DNA of 64,000 nucleotides, taken from contig JAIUOC010000003.1 in NCBI GenBank assembly GCA_020161265.1, forward strand, positions 171,024 through 235,023. The letters are read 5' to 3'. Each line of letters opens with the position of its first letter. The first letter of the stretch is position 1. This DNA is from Chloroflexota bacterium (GTDB lineage Bacteria > Chloroflexota > Chloroflexia > Chloroflexales > Herpetosiphonaceae). The position numbers and the translations under genes were made by a program. The notes under the pieces are model-generated. The model saw only the letters and a list, made by a program, of their open reading frames with translations, was not told where the DNA came from and ran no database searches. Shown here one piece after another: positions 46,664-57,331 of the stretch.

Positions 46664-48466
46664 TTAGCTGTCGAGCTTCAAGACCGCCATAAAGGCATCT
46701 TGTGGAATCTCGACGTTACCAACCATCTTCATGCGCTTCTTGCCCTCTTTTTGTTTTTCCAAGAGCTTGCGCTTACGGGTGATGTCGCCACCATAACATT
46801 TCGACAACACGTCTTTGCGCATGGCCCGAATGGTTTCGCGAGCGATGACCCGTGAGCCAACCGCTGCCTGAATTGGTACTTCAAACATTTGGCGTGGAAT
46901 CAGCTTTTGCAGCTTTTCGACCAATTGGCGGCCTTGGCGATAGGCATTGTCGCGGTGGGTGATCATCGAAAGTGCATCAACTGCTGTGCCATTGACCAAC
47001 ACGTCAAGCTTGACCAAATCCGAGGCGCGATAGCTGCTCAGATGATAATCCAACGAAGCATAGCCTTGGGTACGCGATTTCAGCGAATCATAGAAATCGA
47101 CCACAATTTCTGAAAGTGGAATTTCGTATTTCAGCACGACCCGCTCTTTATCGAGATAATCCATGCTTTGGAAAATACCGCGTTTGCCTGTAACTAGCTC
47201 CATAACCACGCCAATGTAGCGAGTTGGCACGATAATGCTAATCGACATCATCGGCTCTTCGATCTGGCTGATTTGGCCAACATCGGGCAATTCCGAGGGA
47301 TTATCGATGATCAAAATTTCGCCAGCATTGGTCAGCACTTGGTATTCCACGCTTGGCGCTGTGACCAACAGATCGATGTTGTATTCACGTTCGAGCCGCT
47401 CTTGGACAATTTCCATGTGCAACAAGCCTAAGAAGCCCGCGCGGAAGCCAAAACCTAACGCAGCCGAAGTTTCTGGCTCAAACGAAAGCGCCGCATCATT
47501 CAAACGCAATTTTTCGAGTGCATCGCGCAGCAAGGTGTAATCGCCTGAATCGACGGGATACAAACCAGCAAACACCATTGGTTTGGCTGGCTCGTAAGGC
47601 GCAAGCGGTGCAGCCGCCGGATTCTCGACCAAGGTAATCGTATCGCCAACTTGGCAATCGCGCACCGATTTCAAGCCAGTTGCGATATAACCGACTTCGC
47701 CAGCGCTGAGTGATTGGCCTGCAACCATGCCTGGTCGGAAGAAGCCAATTTCCATGGCCTCGGTCAGCACTTCGGTCCCCATCAAGCGCAATTTATCGCC
47801 AGCGCGAATCGTACCATCGACGACCCGAATATAGGCAATTACGCCTTTGTAGGCGTTGTATTGCGAATCGAAAATCAAGGCGCGAGCAGGCGCTTCGTTG
47901 GTACCTTTGGGTGGTGGAATACGGGCAACAATTGCTTCAAGAATTTCGGGCACGCCTGTGCCTTCCTTTCCCGAAGCCAAAATAATCTCTTCGCGTGGCA
48001 AGCCCAGCACATGCTCGACTTCTTCGGAAACCCGCTCGACTTCAGCGCCAGGCAAGTCGATTTTATTTAAGATTGGAATAATTTCGAGGTTGTTTTCGAG
48101 TGCCAAGTAGACGTTGGCCAAGGTTTGGGCCTCGATCCCTTGGGAAGCATCAACGATCAACAATGCGCCTTCACAGGCTTGCAACGAGCGTGAAACTTCG
48201 TAGCTAAAGTCAACGTGGCCTGGGCAGTCGATCATATGCAAGGCATATTGTTGACCATCCTTGGCGGTATATTCTAGCCGGACGGGGTGCATCTTAATTG
48301 TGATGCCCTTTTCGCGTTCCAAATCCATGGCATCGAGGGTTTGTGCCCGCATCTCGCGTGAAGAAAGCGTTTGGGTCACTTCCAACAAGCGATCCGAAAG
48401 CGTGGTTTTGCCATGATCGACGTGGGCGATAATGCTAAAGTTGCGAATGTGCGTCTGTTCAGCCAT
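46664..48466 (-). CDS. lepA: Elongation factor 4 (LepA)
   Basis: [21 protein letters not shown]1 motif. 600 aa with a conserved LepA C-terminal domain. Confidence 0.95.
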   Translation of the reverse strand: MAEQTHIRNFSIIAHVDHGKTTLSDRLLEVTQTLSSREMRAQTLDAMDLEREKGITIKMHPVRLEYTAKDGQQYALHMIDCPGHVDFSYEVSRSLQACEGALLIVDASQGIEAQTLANVYLALENNLEIIPILNKIDLPGAEVERVSEEVEHVLGLPREEIILASGKEGTGVPEILEAIVARIPPPKGTNEAPARALIFDSQYNAYKGVIAYIRVVDGTIRAGDKLRLMGTEVLTEAMEIGFFRPGMVAGQSLSAGEVGYIATGLKSVRDCQVGDTITLVENPAAAPLAPYEPAKPMVFAGLYPVDSGDYTLLRDALEKLRLNDAALSFEPETSAALGFGFRAGFLGLLHMEIVQERLEREYNIDLLVTAPSVEYQVLTNAGEILIIDNPSELPDVGQISQIEEPMMSISIIVPTRYIGVVMELVTGKRGIFQSMDYLDKERVVLKYEIPLSEIVVDFYDSLKSRTQGYASLDYHLSSYRASDLVKLDVLVNGTAVDALSMITHRDNAYRQGRQLVEKLQKLIPRQMFEVPIQAAVGSRVIARETIRAMRKDVLSKCYGGDITRKRKLLEKQKEGKKRMKMVGNVEIPQDAFMAVLKLDS

Positions 48467-48547
48467 TGTGTCCTTTATGTCCTATTGTGTGAGGGCTTGC
48501 AATGTCAATCTGTTGACAGTATATCATGAGGCACGAAATTGATTGAG

Positions 48548-49453
48548 CTAAGGCTGAATGGCGATTAACCCTGCCCGTTGCGCCATAGCTAATTTTTTGG
48601 CATGAACCCGCAAGCTTGCTGCATCGATCATCTGATCATCAATCGCAATTGCCCCTAAGCCTGCCTGTTGATCAGCAGCTTGGTAGGCGTTGATCAGGCG
48701 TTGAGCTTCGGCAATTTCGGCAGGGCTGGGCAAAAAGGCTTGGTTGATGATCGGCACTTGCGCCGGATGAATCGCCCATTTGCCATCGAAACCCATGGCA
48801 GCGGCGCGTTCTGCATCGCGTTGGCAGGCCTCGGCATCGCGGAAGGCAAAGGTCACATTATCGATCGCCTCTAAGCCAGCCGCTTTGGCCGCTACCAACA
48901 TTTTGTGTTTGGGGTAAGCGAACATGCTCCATTGATCATCTGTCGAGCGTGCTCCCAAATCACCTGCATAATCCGCCAAACCAAAAATCAAGCTTTCCAA
49001 ACGGGGCGAGGCGTTGGCAATCTGCTCAACCGCTTGCAAGGCGCGAGTGCCTTCAATTAATACTTCGAGCTTAATTGTGCCAACCTGCAAGCCAATATTG
49101 GCCTCGATTTGGCTGAGCAACCGATCAACGAAGCGCACATCGTCGGCACTTTCAATTTTGGGAATCACCAAAACATCAATTTTAGCGCCAGCCGCCTCGA
49201 CAATTTCAACGACATCGCGATAGTGATAATGAGTTTGCACCGCATTTGGGCGAACTGCCACAATTTTCTGGCCAAAATCTAAGCTTTGCAAGGCTTGAAT
49301 GACCGTAGCGCGGGCGGCAACTTTCTGCGAAACGGCGCAAGCATCTTCTAAATCGATAATCACTTCATCGGCCTCAGAGGCGGCGGCTTTGGTGATCATG
49401 GCGAGGCTATGGGCAGGGCAGGTCATTTCACTGCGGCGAATCCTTGACGACAT
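48548..49453 (-). CDS. HpcH/HpaI aldolase / citrate-lyase beta-subunit-like (CitE family) lyase
   Basis: N-terminal RRSEMTCPAHSLAM and LEDA/PKIE motifs typical of CitE/malyl-CoA lyases. AAAGGA RBS. Confidence 0.65.
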   Translation of the reverse strand: MSSRIRRSEMTCPAHSLAMITKAAASEADEVIIDLEDACAVSQKVAARATVIQALQSLDFGQKIVAVRPNAVQTHYHYRDVVEIVEAAGAKIDVLVIPKIESADDVRFVDRLLSQIEANIGLQVGTIKLEVLIEGTRALQAVEQIANASPRLESLIFGLADYAGDLGARSTDDQWSMFAYPKHKMLVAAKAAGLEAIDNVTFAFRDAEACQRDAERAAAMGFDGKWAIHPAQVPIINQAFLPSPAEIAEAQRLINAYQAADQQAGLGAIAIDDQMIDAASLRVHAKKLAMAQRAGLIAIQP

Positions 49454-49544
49454 GCAGGCATCCTTTGTGCTAAAAACGGCAAGCCGCCAAGACCCAAAGG
49501 CGCGTTGTCAGGAGGCTTTGGAACTGAGCGGCTTGATGCTAAAA

Positions 49545-50501
49545 TTAGGCTTGTTCGATTGAGCTAAATGCATAGGCAGCAGCGCCAAGCACCCCTAGGT
49601 TATCGCCCATCTTGGTTTGATGAATTGGCACATTGCGATAGCCAGGCAAGGCACGTTTGGTAATTTCGGCGCGAGCTGGGTTGAGCAACCGATCGCCTAA
49701 GTTAGAAACCCCGCCGCCCACGAAAATCGCCTCAGGGCTGAACATATGCAGCAAATTAACGAAAGCAATCCCACACCAAAAGCCAGCATTTTCGATTAAG
49801 CGAATTGCCAACTCATCGCCTTGTTGCGCCGCCAGATCTAAATGATGGGTGGTGACGGCATTGGGGGTGGTTAATTGATTAAGCACGGTGGCAGTGCCTG
49901 CTCGCATCGCTTCGGCAGCGTGGTAGGCCAAAAATGTGCCTGATGCGAGGGCTTCCCACGAGCCAGCTGGGGTTGCGGTGGCAGGGGCAAAGCCGTGTGG
50001 GTCGAGCACCATGTGGCCAACTTCGGCGGCAAAGCCATTGTGACCAAGCAGCAACCGACCATCGCAAATCACTCCACCACCAACACCTGTGCTGATTGTG
50101 ACGTAAATCATATTTTGCATGCCACGGCCACCGCCGAACAACCACTCGCCGACAGCAGCCAAATTGGCATCATTGCCGAGCACGACTGGAAACGGAACTT
50201 GGGCGGCGATCCGATCGCGGATGGGGAAGTTCTCCCAACCTGGCAAGTTGGGCATGGTAATAACCGTACCAGTAAAGGGGTTGAGTGGGCCAGGTGCGGC
50301 GATGCCAGCGCCGACAATTGGTGCACCATTCGCCGCAGCGATCATGGCGTTAATTAATTGAGTAATCCGACCAACAACTGCTTCAGCACCTTCATGCGCT
50401 TCGGTGCGAATCCGTTCATGAGCAAGAATTTCACCATCTCGGTCAACTAAGGCCGCACGTAAATGCGTGCCCCCGAGATCAATCCCGATTGCAAATGCCA
50501 T
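49545..50501 (-). CDS. ROK-family glucokinase/sugar kinase
   Basis: MAFAIGIDLGGTHLRAALV N-terminus with later Gly-rich and Zn-Cys regions. The start is ambiguous; a TTG at 50513 is the alternative. Confidence 0.75.
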   Translation of the reverse strand: MAFAIGIDLGGTHLRAALVDRDGEILAHERIRTEAHEGAEAVVGRITQLINAMIAAANGAPIVGAGIAAPGPLNPFTGTVITMPNLPGWENFPIRDRIAAQVPFPVVLGNDANLAAVGEWLFGGGRGMQNMIYVTISTGVGGGVICDGRLLLGHNGFAAEVGHMVLDPHGFAPATATPAGSWEALASGTFLAYHAAEAMRAGTATVLNQLTTPNAVTTHHLDLAAQQGDELAIRLIENAGFWCGIAFVNLLHMFSPEAIFVGGGVSNLGDRLLNPARAEITKRALPGYRNVPIHQTKMGDNLGVLGAAAYAFSSIEQA

Positions 50502-50728
50502 AGGAAAAACCAATACCTTTCATGCGGATCTTTTAATTGGGCAATTATAGCACAGGGCATTTTGGGCTTTCTGCCTATAGACATTCACCCAGATGATCAA
50601 TACAATAACAAAAATAAGCCAAAATTGAGCTAACAGCCGATTGTATTGTTGCTGCATAGTACGGCCTATGCTATACTCGCGCCGATACACTCACGATGTA
50701 AATCGTCCCGGGATTGACAGGAGTATCG

Positions 50729-51973
50729 ATGAAGCTACGCCACAGCGCACAAACCGACATTGGGCGTTCACGCGAAGTTAACCAAGATGCCTATGGCGTG
50801 GGCGACCCGCTACCAAACGGAATCCAACTTTTTGTTGTTTGCGATGGCATGGGCGGTCATTTAGCTGGCGAAGTTGCCAGTCAAACGGCTGTGCAAACCA
50901 TGTTGGCAACATTTCCGAACGTTGTTCAAAGCGATATTCCCAAAGCCCTCACTACTGCTATCGTGAGTGCCAATCAGGCTGTCTTCGATCGTGGCCGTGG
51001 CAATATGGGAACCACTTCGGTGGCCTTGCTGATCTTCAAAAATGTGGCGTTTCTGGCGAATGTTGGCGATAGCCGCGCATACTTGATTCGCAATAATGCA
51101 ATGCGCCAAATAACCGTGGATCACTCGTTTGTTGAGGAGCAAGTTCGGGCTGGCTTGATGACTCGCGAACAAGCATCACAATCGAAGATCAAAAACATCA
51201 TCACCCGCGCGGTTGGGCATCAACGCGAGGTCCAAGTTGATGTGTTTCGGGAGCCAGTTCAGGCTGGCGATCGCTTTTTGATCTCGTCCGATGGTCTGCA
51301 TGGCTTCGTCGATGAAGCAACCATCTTAAAAACCATCAATACGCTGCCATTTGAGCAAATTGTGCCCCGCTTGATCGATCTGGCGAATGGAGTCGGTGGT
51401 TACGATAATATCACCGCGTTGTTGGTGCAAGTCGATGAACTTGAGGTGATTGCCGATAATGATCCATTACTGGAAACATTATTGAATCAGCCGTTGACTG
51501 GGCCATTACGCAGCGCCGACCCAATCACTGAGGAATTTGAATTGCCAGTTGGGCCAACCGGCACTGCGCCAATGCCTGTGGCTGGCATGCGCGATGACGA
51601 AACCCAACAGCATGTACCAATTACTGCTTCGGGTCGTTTGAATCCGACAATGGCGGCGGCTCATGCTAGCCCTGCTCGGCCTGCGCCAACTGTGGCCAAA
51701 CCAGCAAGTGGTGGTTTATCAGGTTGGGGTATTTTAGGTTCGTTGGTGGTTTTAGCGGCTTTGGTTGGGGTGCTGTATATTTTTAAATTGCCCCCAGTCA
51801 GTTTGTTATTCCCCGATACGACGGCAACACCCAATCAAATTGTGGTGGCGGTTCCGTCGATGATGCCAACAACCCAACCAACCACAACTTTAGCGCCAAT
51901 TACCAACGCACCGTTGGCTACCGCAACTTCGGGCATTTCGCCCACCTTGCAACAACCAACCCCAACTCCTTAA
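50729..51973 (+). CDS. PP2C-family Ser/Thr phosphatase, membrane-anchored with Thr/Pro-rich extracytoplasmic tail
   Basis: QTDIGRSREVNQDAY..VVCDGMGGHLAGEVAS..DGLHG PP2C motifs. TM segment WGILGSLVVLAALVGVLYIF, then a T/P-rich tail. AGGAG RBS. Confidence 0.8.
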   Translation: MKLRHSAQTDIGRSREVNQDAYGVGDPLPNGIQLFVVCDGMGGHLAGEVASQTAVQTMLATFPNVVQSDIPKALTTAIVSANQAVFDRGRGNMGTTSVALLIFKNVAFLANVGDSRAYLIRNNAMRQITVDHSFVEEQVRAGLMTREQASQSKIKNIITRAVGHQREVQVDVFREPVQAGDRFLISSDGLHGFVDEATILKTINTLPFEQIVPRLIDLANGVGGYDNITALLVQVDELEVIADNDPLLETLLNQPLTGPLRSADPITEEFELPVGPTGTAPMPVAGMRDDETQQHVPITASGRLNPTMAAAHASPARPAPTVAKPASGGLSGWGILGSLVVLAALVGVLYIFKLPPVSLLFPDTTATPNQIVVAVPSMMPTTQPTTTLAPITNAPLATATSGISPTLQQPTPTP

Positions 51974-52028
51974 CCTTGGTCTTTTCTTAAATGCACCAAC
52001 CCCGTGCCTTTTGGCGCGGGGTTGGTGT

Positions 52029-53177
52029 TTAACGCTGTTTGCGGCTGCTGGCTCGTACAATTAGGGTTGGCTCAAGCACAATCTGTTGGCGGGCGATCGG
52101 CGTAGCTTCAATCTCACCAATTAATAGCTCAATCACTTTGGCTGCGACCATATCAATTGGCTGGCGCACCGAGGTTAGTTCCAGCAGTTCAGCAATCGGC
52201 GAATCATCATAGCCTGTCAAGGCTAAATCTACCCCAACTTGCAAGCCTGCCAAATCAAGATAGCGCTTGGCTCCAAAGGCCATCACATCGTTGGCGCAAG
52301 CCAGAGCCGTGATGCGTGGCTGTTGATTGAGCAGTTCTTGGGTGGCCGCAAAGGCTGCATCGACCGCATTGGGAATATGCCGAATGCTGCGGTGATCGAT
52401 GGTTAATCCAGCTGCCTCGAAGGCTGCATAATAGCCTTGTAAGCGCTCATCGCCGATGCGCATGCCTTCGGGCCAGCACAATAAGCCAATTTGCTCATGG
52501 CCCCGAGCAATTAAGTGCTCAACCGCCAATTTCATGCCGAGTTTGCTATCAACATCGACCGCTGGAAAATTCCAATCGCTGTTGGCGCGGCCAAAGCTCA
52601 CAAACGGCAAATCGGTTTTGAGCAGATAGTTAATTCGTGGATCGTTATAGCTAATGTCGCTCAGCACCAAGCCATCGATTCGCCCAATTTGCATCAGCTC
52701 GGCATAGGGTTTGGTGCTGGCAGGGTGCGGCTGGGCAAAGGTCAAAATATGGTAGCCCCATGCCTCAGCAGCCTGCGCCATCTCATATAAAAAGCGATCA
52801 AGCAGGGCATTGGGGCGGCTGGGATCTTCGGTTTTATGCCAACCATAGCCAATCAAGCGTGTATGGTTGGATTTCAGGCCACGCGCAATGCTGTTGGGTC
52901 GATAATTCAGCTCGGTGATTGCTTGCATAACCCGTTGGCGGGTGGTTGATTTGGTGCGGGTACTGCCATTGAGCACATGGGAAACCGTTCCAATCGAAAC
53001 CCCCGCCAGCGCCGCAACATCGCGAATCGTAATGTTGAGGCTATAGTTGAGCTTGGCCGCCGCCGCATACACTTGTTCACGGACTGCTGGCGTGATGTGA
53101 GCCACTCCATCGAGCGCCTGATAGACCGTTAACATCGGCAGTTCAGTTATTTCGGCAAGTTGTTTAAGATTCGACAT
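52029..53177 (-). CDS. LacI-family transcriptional regulator with a duplicated (degenerate) N-terminal HTH
   Basis: Canonical LacI HTH ITIRDVAALAGVSIGTVSHVLNG preceded by a 48-aa HTH-like segment. A periplasmic-binding-protein-like core follows. Confidence 0.8.
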   Translation of the reverse strand: MSNLKQLAEITELPMLTVYQALDGVAHITPAVREQVYAAAAKLNYSLNITIRDVAALAGVSIGTVSHVLNGSTRTKSTTRQRVMQAITELNYRPNSIARGLKSNHTRLIGYGWHKTEDPSRPNALLDRFLYEMAQAAEAWGYHILTFAQPHPASTKPYAELMQIGRIDGLVLSDISYNDPRINYLLKTDLPFVSFGRANSDWNFPAVDVDSKLGMKLAVEHLIARGHEQIGLLCWPEGMRIGDERLQGYYAAFEAAGLTIDHRSIRHIPNAVDAAFAATQELLNQQPRITALACANDVMAFGAKRYLDLAGLQVGVDLALTGYDDSPIAELLELTSVRQPIDMVAAKVIELLIGEIEATPIARQQIVLEPTLIVRASSRKQR

Positions 53178-53192
53178 AAACGCTTTCTAGCA

Positions 53193-54068
53193 CTAGCCTT
53201 TGCTACCGCCAATTGTCAAGCCACCTTTGATAAAGCGTTGCAGCAACAGCGCCGCGATCAACGGTGGTACCATCGCGGTGAACGAGGCCGCCATTTGCAA
53301 ATTCTTGGGAAAATCCTTGACCAAGGCGAACAGGCGTACCGTCACTGGTTGCAATTTGGCATCGCGTAACACCAACAATGGTAACAAGAAATCTTTCCAG
53401 AGGCTAATGAAGGTCAACACTGCCAAGGTCAGCAGAATTGGTCGGGCCAGTGGCAAGGTAATGCTCCAAAAAATCCTAATTGGTGAAGCGCCATCGACCA
53501 TCGCCGCATCATAAATATCTTGGGGAATTTGCTCGAAGAAGTTTTTGAGCACGATAATCGTGAAGGCATTGGCGGCATAAGGCAACCACAAACCCCAGTA
53601 GCTGTTCAACAAACTGATATTGAGCAAGGGCAATTTGACCAAGGTGGTATACAACGGAATGATATAGGCAATCGCTGGAATCGCCATACTCACAAACAAC
53701 ATTGTCATGATCACTTTTTGGCCAATTGGCTTGAGCCGTGAAAGGCTATAGGCCGCCATCGAGCAGACTGTCAGTTGACCAACCACTCCACCCAAGGTCA
53801 CGGCAAAGGTGTTGAGAAACATGCGCGGCATATTGAAACGAGTCCATGCCTCGCGATAATTCTCCCAGTGGGCCACATCAGGCCACAAATTCAGGCCTGG
53901 CTGGTAAATTTCGCTGCTGGTTTTCAATCCAGCGGTGAAGGTAAAAATAAATGGGAAGAGCAAGCCACAGCTAAATAGCGCCAGCATAATCCCTAAAACA
54001 ACCCGAATGATAGTGCCGCGCCGCGAACGCGACTCGACCTCGGACATAATGCCCATGCTTGAACTCAT
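53193..54068 (-). CDS. Carbohydrate ABC transporter permease (MalG-like)
   Basis: 6 TM helices and the EAA motif region. Confidence 0.8.
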   Translation of the reverse strand: MSSSMGIMSEVESRSRRGTIIRVVLGIMLALFSCGLLFPFIFTFTAGLKTSSEIYQPGLNLWPDVAHWENYREAWTRFNMPRMFLNTFAVTLGGVVGQLTVCSMAAYSLSRLKPIGQKVIMTMLFVSMAIPAIAYIIPLYTTLVKLPLLNISLLNSYWGLWLPYAANAFTIIVLKNFFEQIPQDIYDAAMVDGASPIRIFWSITLPLARPILLTLAVLTFISLWKDFLLPLLVLRDAKLQPVTVRLFALVKDFPKNLQMAASFTAMVPPLIAALLLQRFIKGGLTIGGSKG

Positions 54069-54095
54069 AGGATGCTCCTTGTTGGCTAGGTTTGA

Positions 54096-55028
54096 TTAAT
54101 CGGCATGTGTTGGTTGACGCATCGAGAGCCAAACATACACCACCGAAAAGAGCGAAAGCACGACCAACAGCGAAACGCTCCAAGCCGAGGCGAGGCCAAA
54201 ATCGTTGCGGGCAAAGGCGATGCGGTAGCTTTCAAGCACAGGCGTAACCGTGCTATTGGCAGGGCCTCCTTCGGTTAATAAAAATGGCTCGGAGAAAACC
54301 TGTACCACCGCAATCACTTGTAGCATCAGCAACATCAACATGCGCGAGGAAATCAAGGGCAAAGCGATGTACATAATTCGATCAAATAGCGAAAAACCAT
54401 CAAGCTGTGCCGCCTCATAGAGTTCTTGAGGAATTTCACGTAACGCCGCAAGGTAGATCAAGATTGTGCCACCAACCCCAGCCCAGGTCATAATTACAAT
54501 CATGGCAGGCTTAACCAGATCGGGATTTTGCAGCCAGAGTTGCGGCGCGATGCCAAATTTGGCGAGGATATTATTGAGAAAACCACCCTCTGGCGCGTAT
54601 AGCTGCCGCCAAACCAGCAAACCAACTGTGGCTGGAATTAGGGTTGGTAGATAGGCCAAAACACTATACAAACCACCCAAACGGCGTAGTTCGTTGATCA
54701 TCAGGGCGATGATAATTGGCACCACAAAGCCCATTAACAAACTCAAGATTGTAAAGTGAAACACATTGCGCCAAGCAGTATAAAACAGCGGATTGCTAAA
54801 CATCCGCTGGTAGTTATCAAAGCCGATCCAGGTTGAATTGCCGTTGAGCTTAACTTTTTGGAAGCTATACATCACCGCCGTAACCATTGGATACCACGTA
54901 AAGTAGAGGAAAATCAGCAGCGCAGGCAAGAGAAAAAGATAGGCATAAAATTGATTGCGCCACTGAATGCGTGGCCTTAACCGCCCAGTGCTTTTGGCTG
55001 CAATCAGCTTTGATTGGGCAACCTTCAT
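54096..55028 (-). CDS. Carbohydrate ABC transporter permease (MalF-like)
   Basis: 6 TM helices. Start MKVAQSK with AAGGAG 6 nt upstream. Confidence 0.8.
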   Translation of the reverse strand: MKVAQSKLIAAKSTGRLRPRIQWRNQFYAYLFLLPALLIFLYFTWYPMVTAVMYSFQKVKLNGNSTWIGFDNYQRMFSNPLFYTAWRNVFHFTILSLLMGFVVPIIIALMINELRRLGGLYSVLAYLPTLIPATVGLLVWRQLYAPEGGFLNNILAKFGIAPQLWLQNPDLVKPAMIVIMTWAGVGGTILIYLAALREIPQELYEAAQLDGFSLFDRIMYIALPLISSRMLMLLMLQVIAVVQVFSEPFLLTEGGPANSTVTPVLESYRIAFARNDFGLASAWSVSLLVVLSLFSVVYVWLSMRQPTHAD

Positions 55029-55099
55029 TGAAAACTCCTTCACGATGCTGCAACCACGCCTCGCTCTCAATGCACCGAGAGCGAGGCATGGCAAGCTGA

Positions 55100-56665
55100 T
55101 TATTTCAGTTGATCAAGTACGTTTTGTTGGAAGACGGTTGCTGCTTCAGTCACATTGGCCGCCGGATCAATTGCTTGATCAGTCAGAATGCTGCTGACAA
55201 CCGCGCCCATTGCGCCATAGTATTCTTGGCCGGCAATCGCTGGCTCAAGCTCCAAGGCAACCTTGCCTGAGGTTACGGCATCGCGGAAGAGTTGATAGTT
55301 TTCGACGGGTAGGTTGGCATATTTGGCTTGTAGCGTATCAAGCGCCGTTTGATAATCGCCAACATACAAAGGCAAGACTGGTGCGCCAATCACATATTGT
55401 GGATCTTTGGCGCTCAAATCGTAGCCAATTTGAATTTCGGCGGGGTCGAATTGCGTCCAGAGGCGGAAATAGGCCGCAGCTTCTTTTTGATCGTCATCGG
55501 CAGTTGCGTTGACCATGGCGATGTTGCCACCAACCAGCGAAACGCTCTTGGCATTGGGGCCAACTGGCAACGGAGCAAAGCCAAATTTATTCAGATCAAC
55601 ATCAGGGAAGGTAGTACGCATCCAATTAAATTGGTCGCCTGCCATCACTACCAAGGCAGCGCGGTCGGTTGCCAAAGCTTCGCCATTGCGTGCCCAGTCG
55701 AGGTTTTCGCGTGGCAACACATCGTAATTCCAGCGCAATTCTTTGATGTAGTTCAGGGTATCGACCGGAGCGCCGGTAGCAAAGCCGGCACTGTAGGTGC
55801 CATCACTGTTGGTTTTGACCAAATCGGCCTGTTTTGCGCCGAAGGTATAGGCCATGGTAGTTACTTGCCAGCCAGTGGCGTTACCGCCATCAGTGATAAA
55901 CGAGAAACCAGCTACGTTGGTATCGCGATTGGTCAAGGTTTTGGCCATGGTTGCCAATTCTTCCCAACTGGTTGGCGGGGCATCGAAGCCAGCAGCTTTG
56001 AGCATATCGATGTTATAGCCCAAACCCATCGCATAGGCAAAGCGTGGAATCCCATAAATTTTGCCATCTTTTGAGGCGATTGCCAAAATATTGGGGTTGA
56101 ACAACGCATCAAGTTTGCTCGCACTGAAGACGCTAGTCAAATCACTGGCAATTTCTTGTTCCACAACTTTGGTCACATCGGTCAAATAGACTTCAAATAG
56201 GGTTGGCACTTGATTGCCAGCAACCAAGGCAGCGAAGGTATCGGGGGCATAGGCATAATCGCTGCCAATAATCGTCACATTTGGGTAGACCTGTTGGAAT
56301 CGAGCAACTTGCTCTTTCCAGGTTGCCAAGGTGGTTGGCTGCGATTCGGGCGGCATACCAACGACGGTGATTTCAACTGGCCGACCGCCAGCAATTTGCT
56401 CAGGCATGGCGATTACTGCGGGCAAGCTGGCAGTGTTAGCAGCAGGAGCAGTCGTTGGTTGGCTTTCTGCGGTAGTTGCGGTTGCAGCGGCAGCCGCTTC
56501 AGGTGTGGCGGTAGCTAAAGTTTCAGCGGCTGTGGTTGCGGTTGGTGCAGCAGCAGGCGCATCGGTTGGGCTGGTTGTAGGGGTTGCTTCACCACCACAA
56601 GCCGTCAAGATCAACGCGATCAACAGGTTGAACACAAACAACACGCGAAATGATCGAAGTTTCAT
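55100..56665 (-). CDS. ABC transporter extracellular solute-binding lipoprotein (family 1, sugar)
   Basis: Lipobox LILTACGG, then an A/T/P-rich linker and an SBP fold. Heads a four-gene operon. Confidence 0.8.
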   Translation of the reverse strand: MKLRSFRVLFVFNLLIALILTACGGEATPTTSPTDAPAAAPTATTAAETLATATPEAAAAATATTAESQPTTAPAANTASLPAVIAMPEQIAGGRPVEITVVGMPPESQPTTLATWKEQVARFQQVYPNVTIIGSDYAYAPDTFAALVAGNQVPTLFEVYLTDVTKVVEQEIASDLTSVFSASKLDALFNPNILAIASKDGKIYGIPRFAYAMGLGYNIDMLKAAGFDAPPTSWEELATMAKTLTNRDTNVAGFSFITDGGNATGWQVTTMAYTFGAKQADLVKTNSDGTYSAGFATGAPVDTLNYIKELRWNYDVLPRENLDWARNGEALATDRAALVVMAGDQFNWMRTTFPDVDLNKFGFAPLPVGPNAKSVSLVGGNIAMVNATADDDQKEAAAYFRLWTQFDPAEIQIGYDLSAKDPQYVIGAPVLPLYVGDYQTALDTLQAKYANLPVENYQLFRDAVTSGKVALELEPAIAGQEYYGAMGAVVSSILTDQAIDPAANVTEAATVFQQNVLDQLK

Positions 56666-56986
56666 AGACTACATTGTCCTTCTGATAGTGGGCTTTCCAA
56701 GCCACAGGCATCAAGTCGTGTCTGCCATAACCATTCCTGATGCTGCATCAACGCTGGATTTGAACCGATTCAATAACCCCTATCAGAATGTTCAATAATT
56801 GATTGATTAAGCTGGCTTTATAAGGCTTATGTAGTGATATTGGCGGCTTTTTACTGCAAATTCACCAAACTCTAGCCCAAAACCGAGCCGTAAGCAGTCG
56901 CTGTATTGAACCGTTTCAAGCATAGCACATCGCTGAAAGAGTTGTCAATATTAATGTTTGGATGTCGGGGATAGGGAAGTTTTTAA

Positions 56987-57165
56987 CCGCGAAGGACACA
57001 AAGGATACGAAGCTGAGGTTATAGGCTTTTGATGCTCCAACGCATCCCCGATAGCCAAAAGTCTTCAGCCCATACCCTGAAAATCAACATTTATGCTTTT
57101 CGTAGTTGAAACCATTGGTTTTATGCTCTATGTTCTATGTTCTGTGCTCTATCGTTGTTCTATCT
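56987..57165. repeat. Mosaic intergenic repeat instance (reverse orientation: cttcgtg-type, ctataggc, ccgatagcc, catagag-type run)
   Basis: ccgcgaaggacacaaaggatacgaag ... gaggttataggc ... atgctctatgttctatgttctgtgctctatcg. Confidence 0.7.
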
Positions 57166-57331
57166 TTGAACGCTCTTTGAACGCTAATCTCCAAGCGCCT
57201 GTCTATACTCACAGTCAAGCCATAATCTTCCTGAACAGCTGCGGGATAGAATTGATCCAACAACCCCGTCAGCGTTTCCAATTGAGTAATGCTTCTAAGA
57301 AGCTCGATTCTGTGTTCGAGGAGGAACGCAT

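Noticed and set aside
55349-56074. 241-aa plus-strand ORF inside the solute-binding protein gene
   Set aside because: It is antisense to a CDS with a clear lipoprotein signal and SBP fold, and has no RBS.
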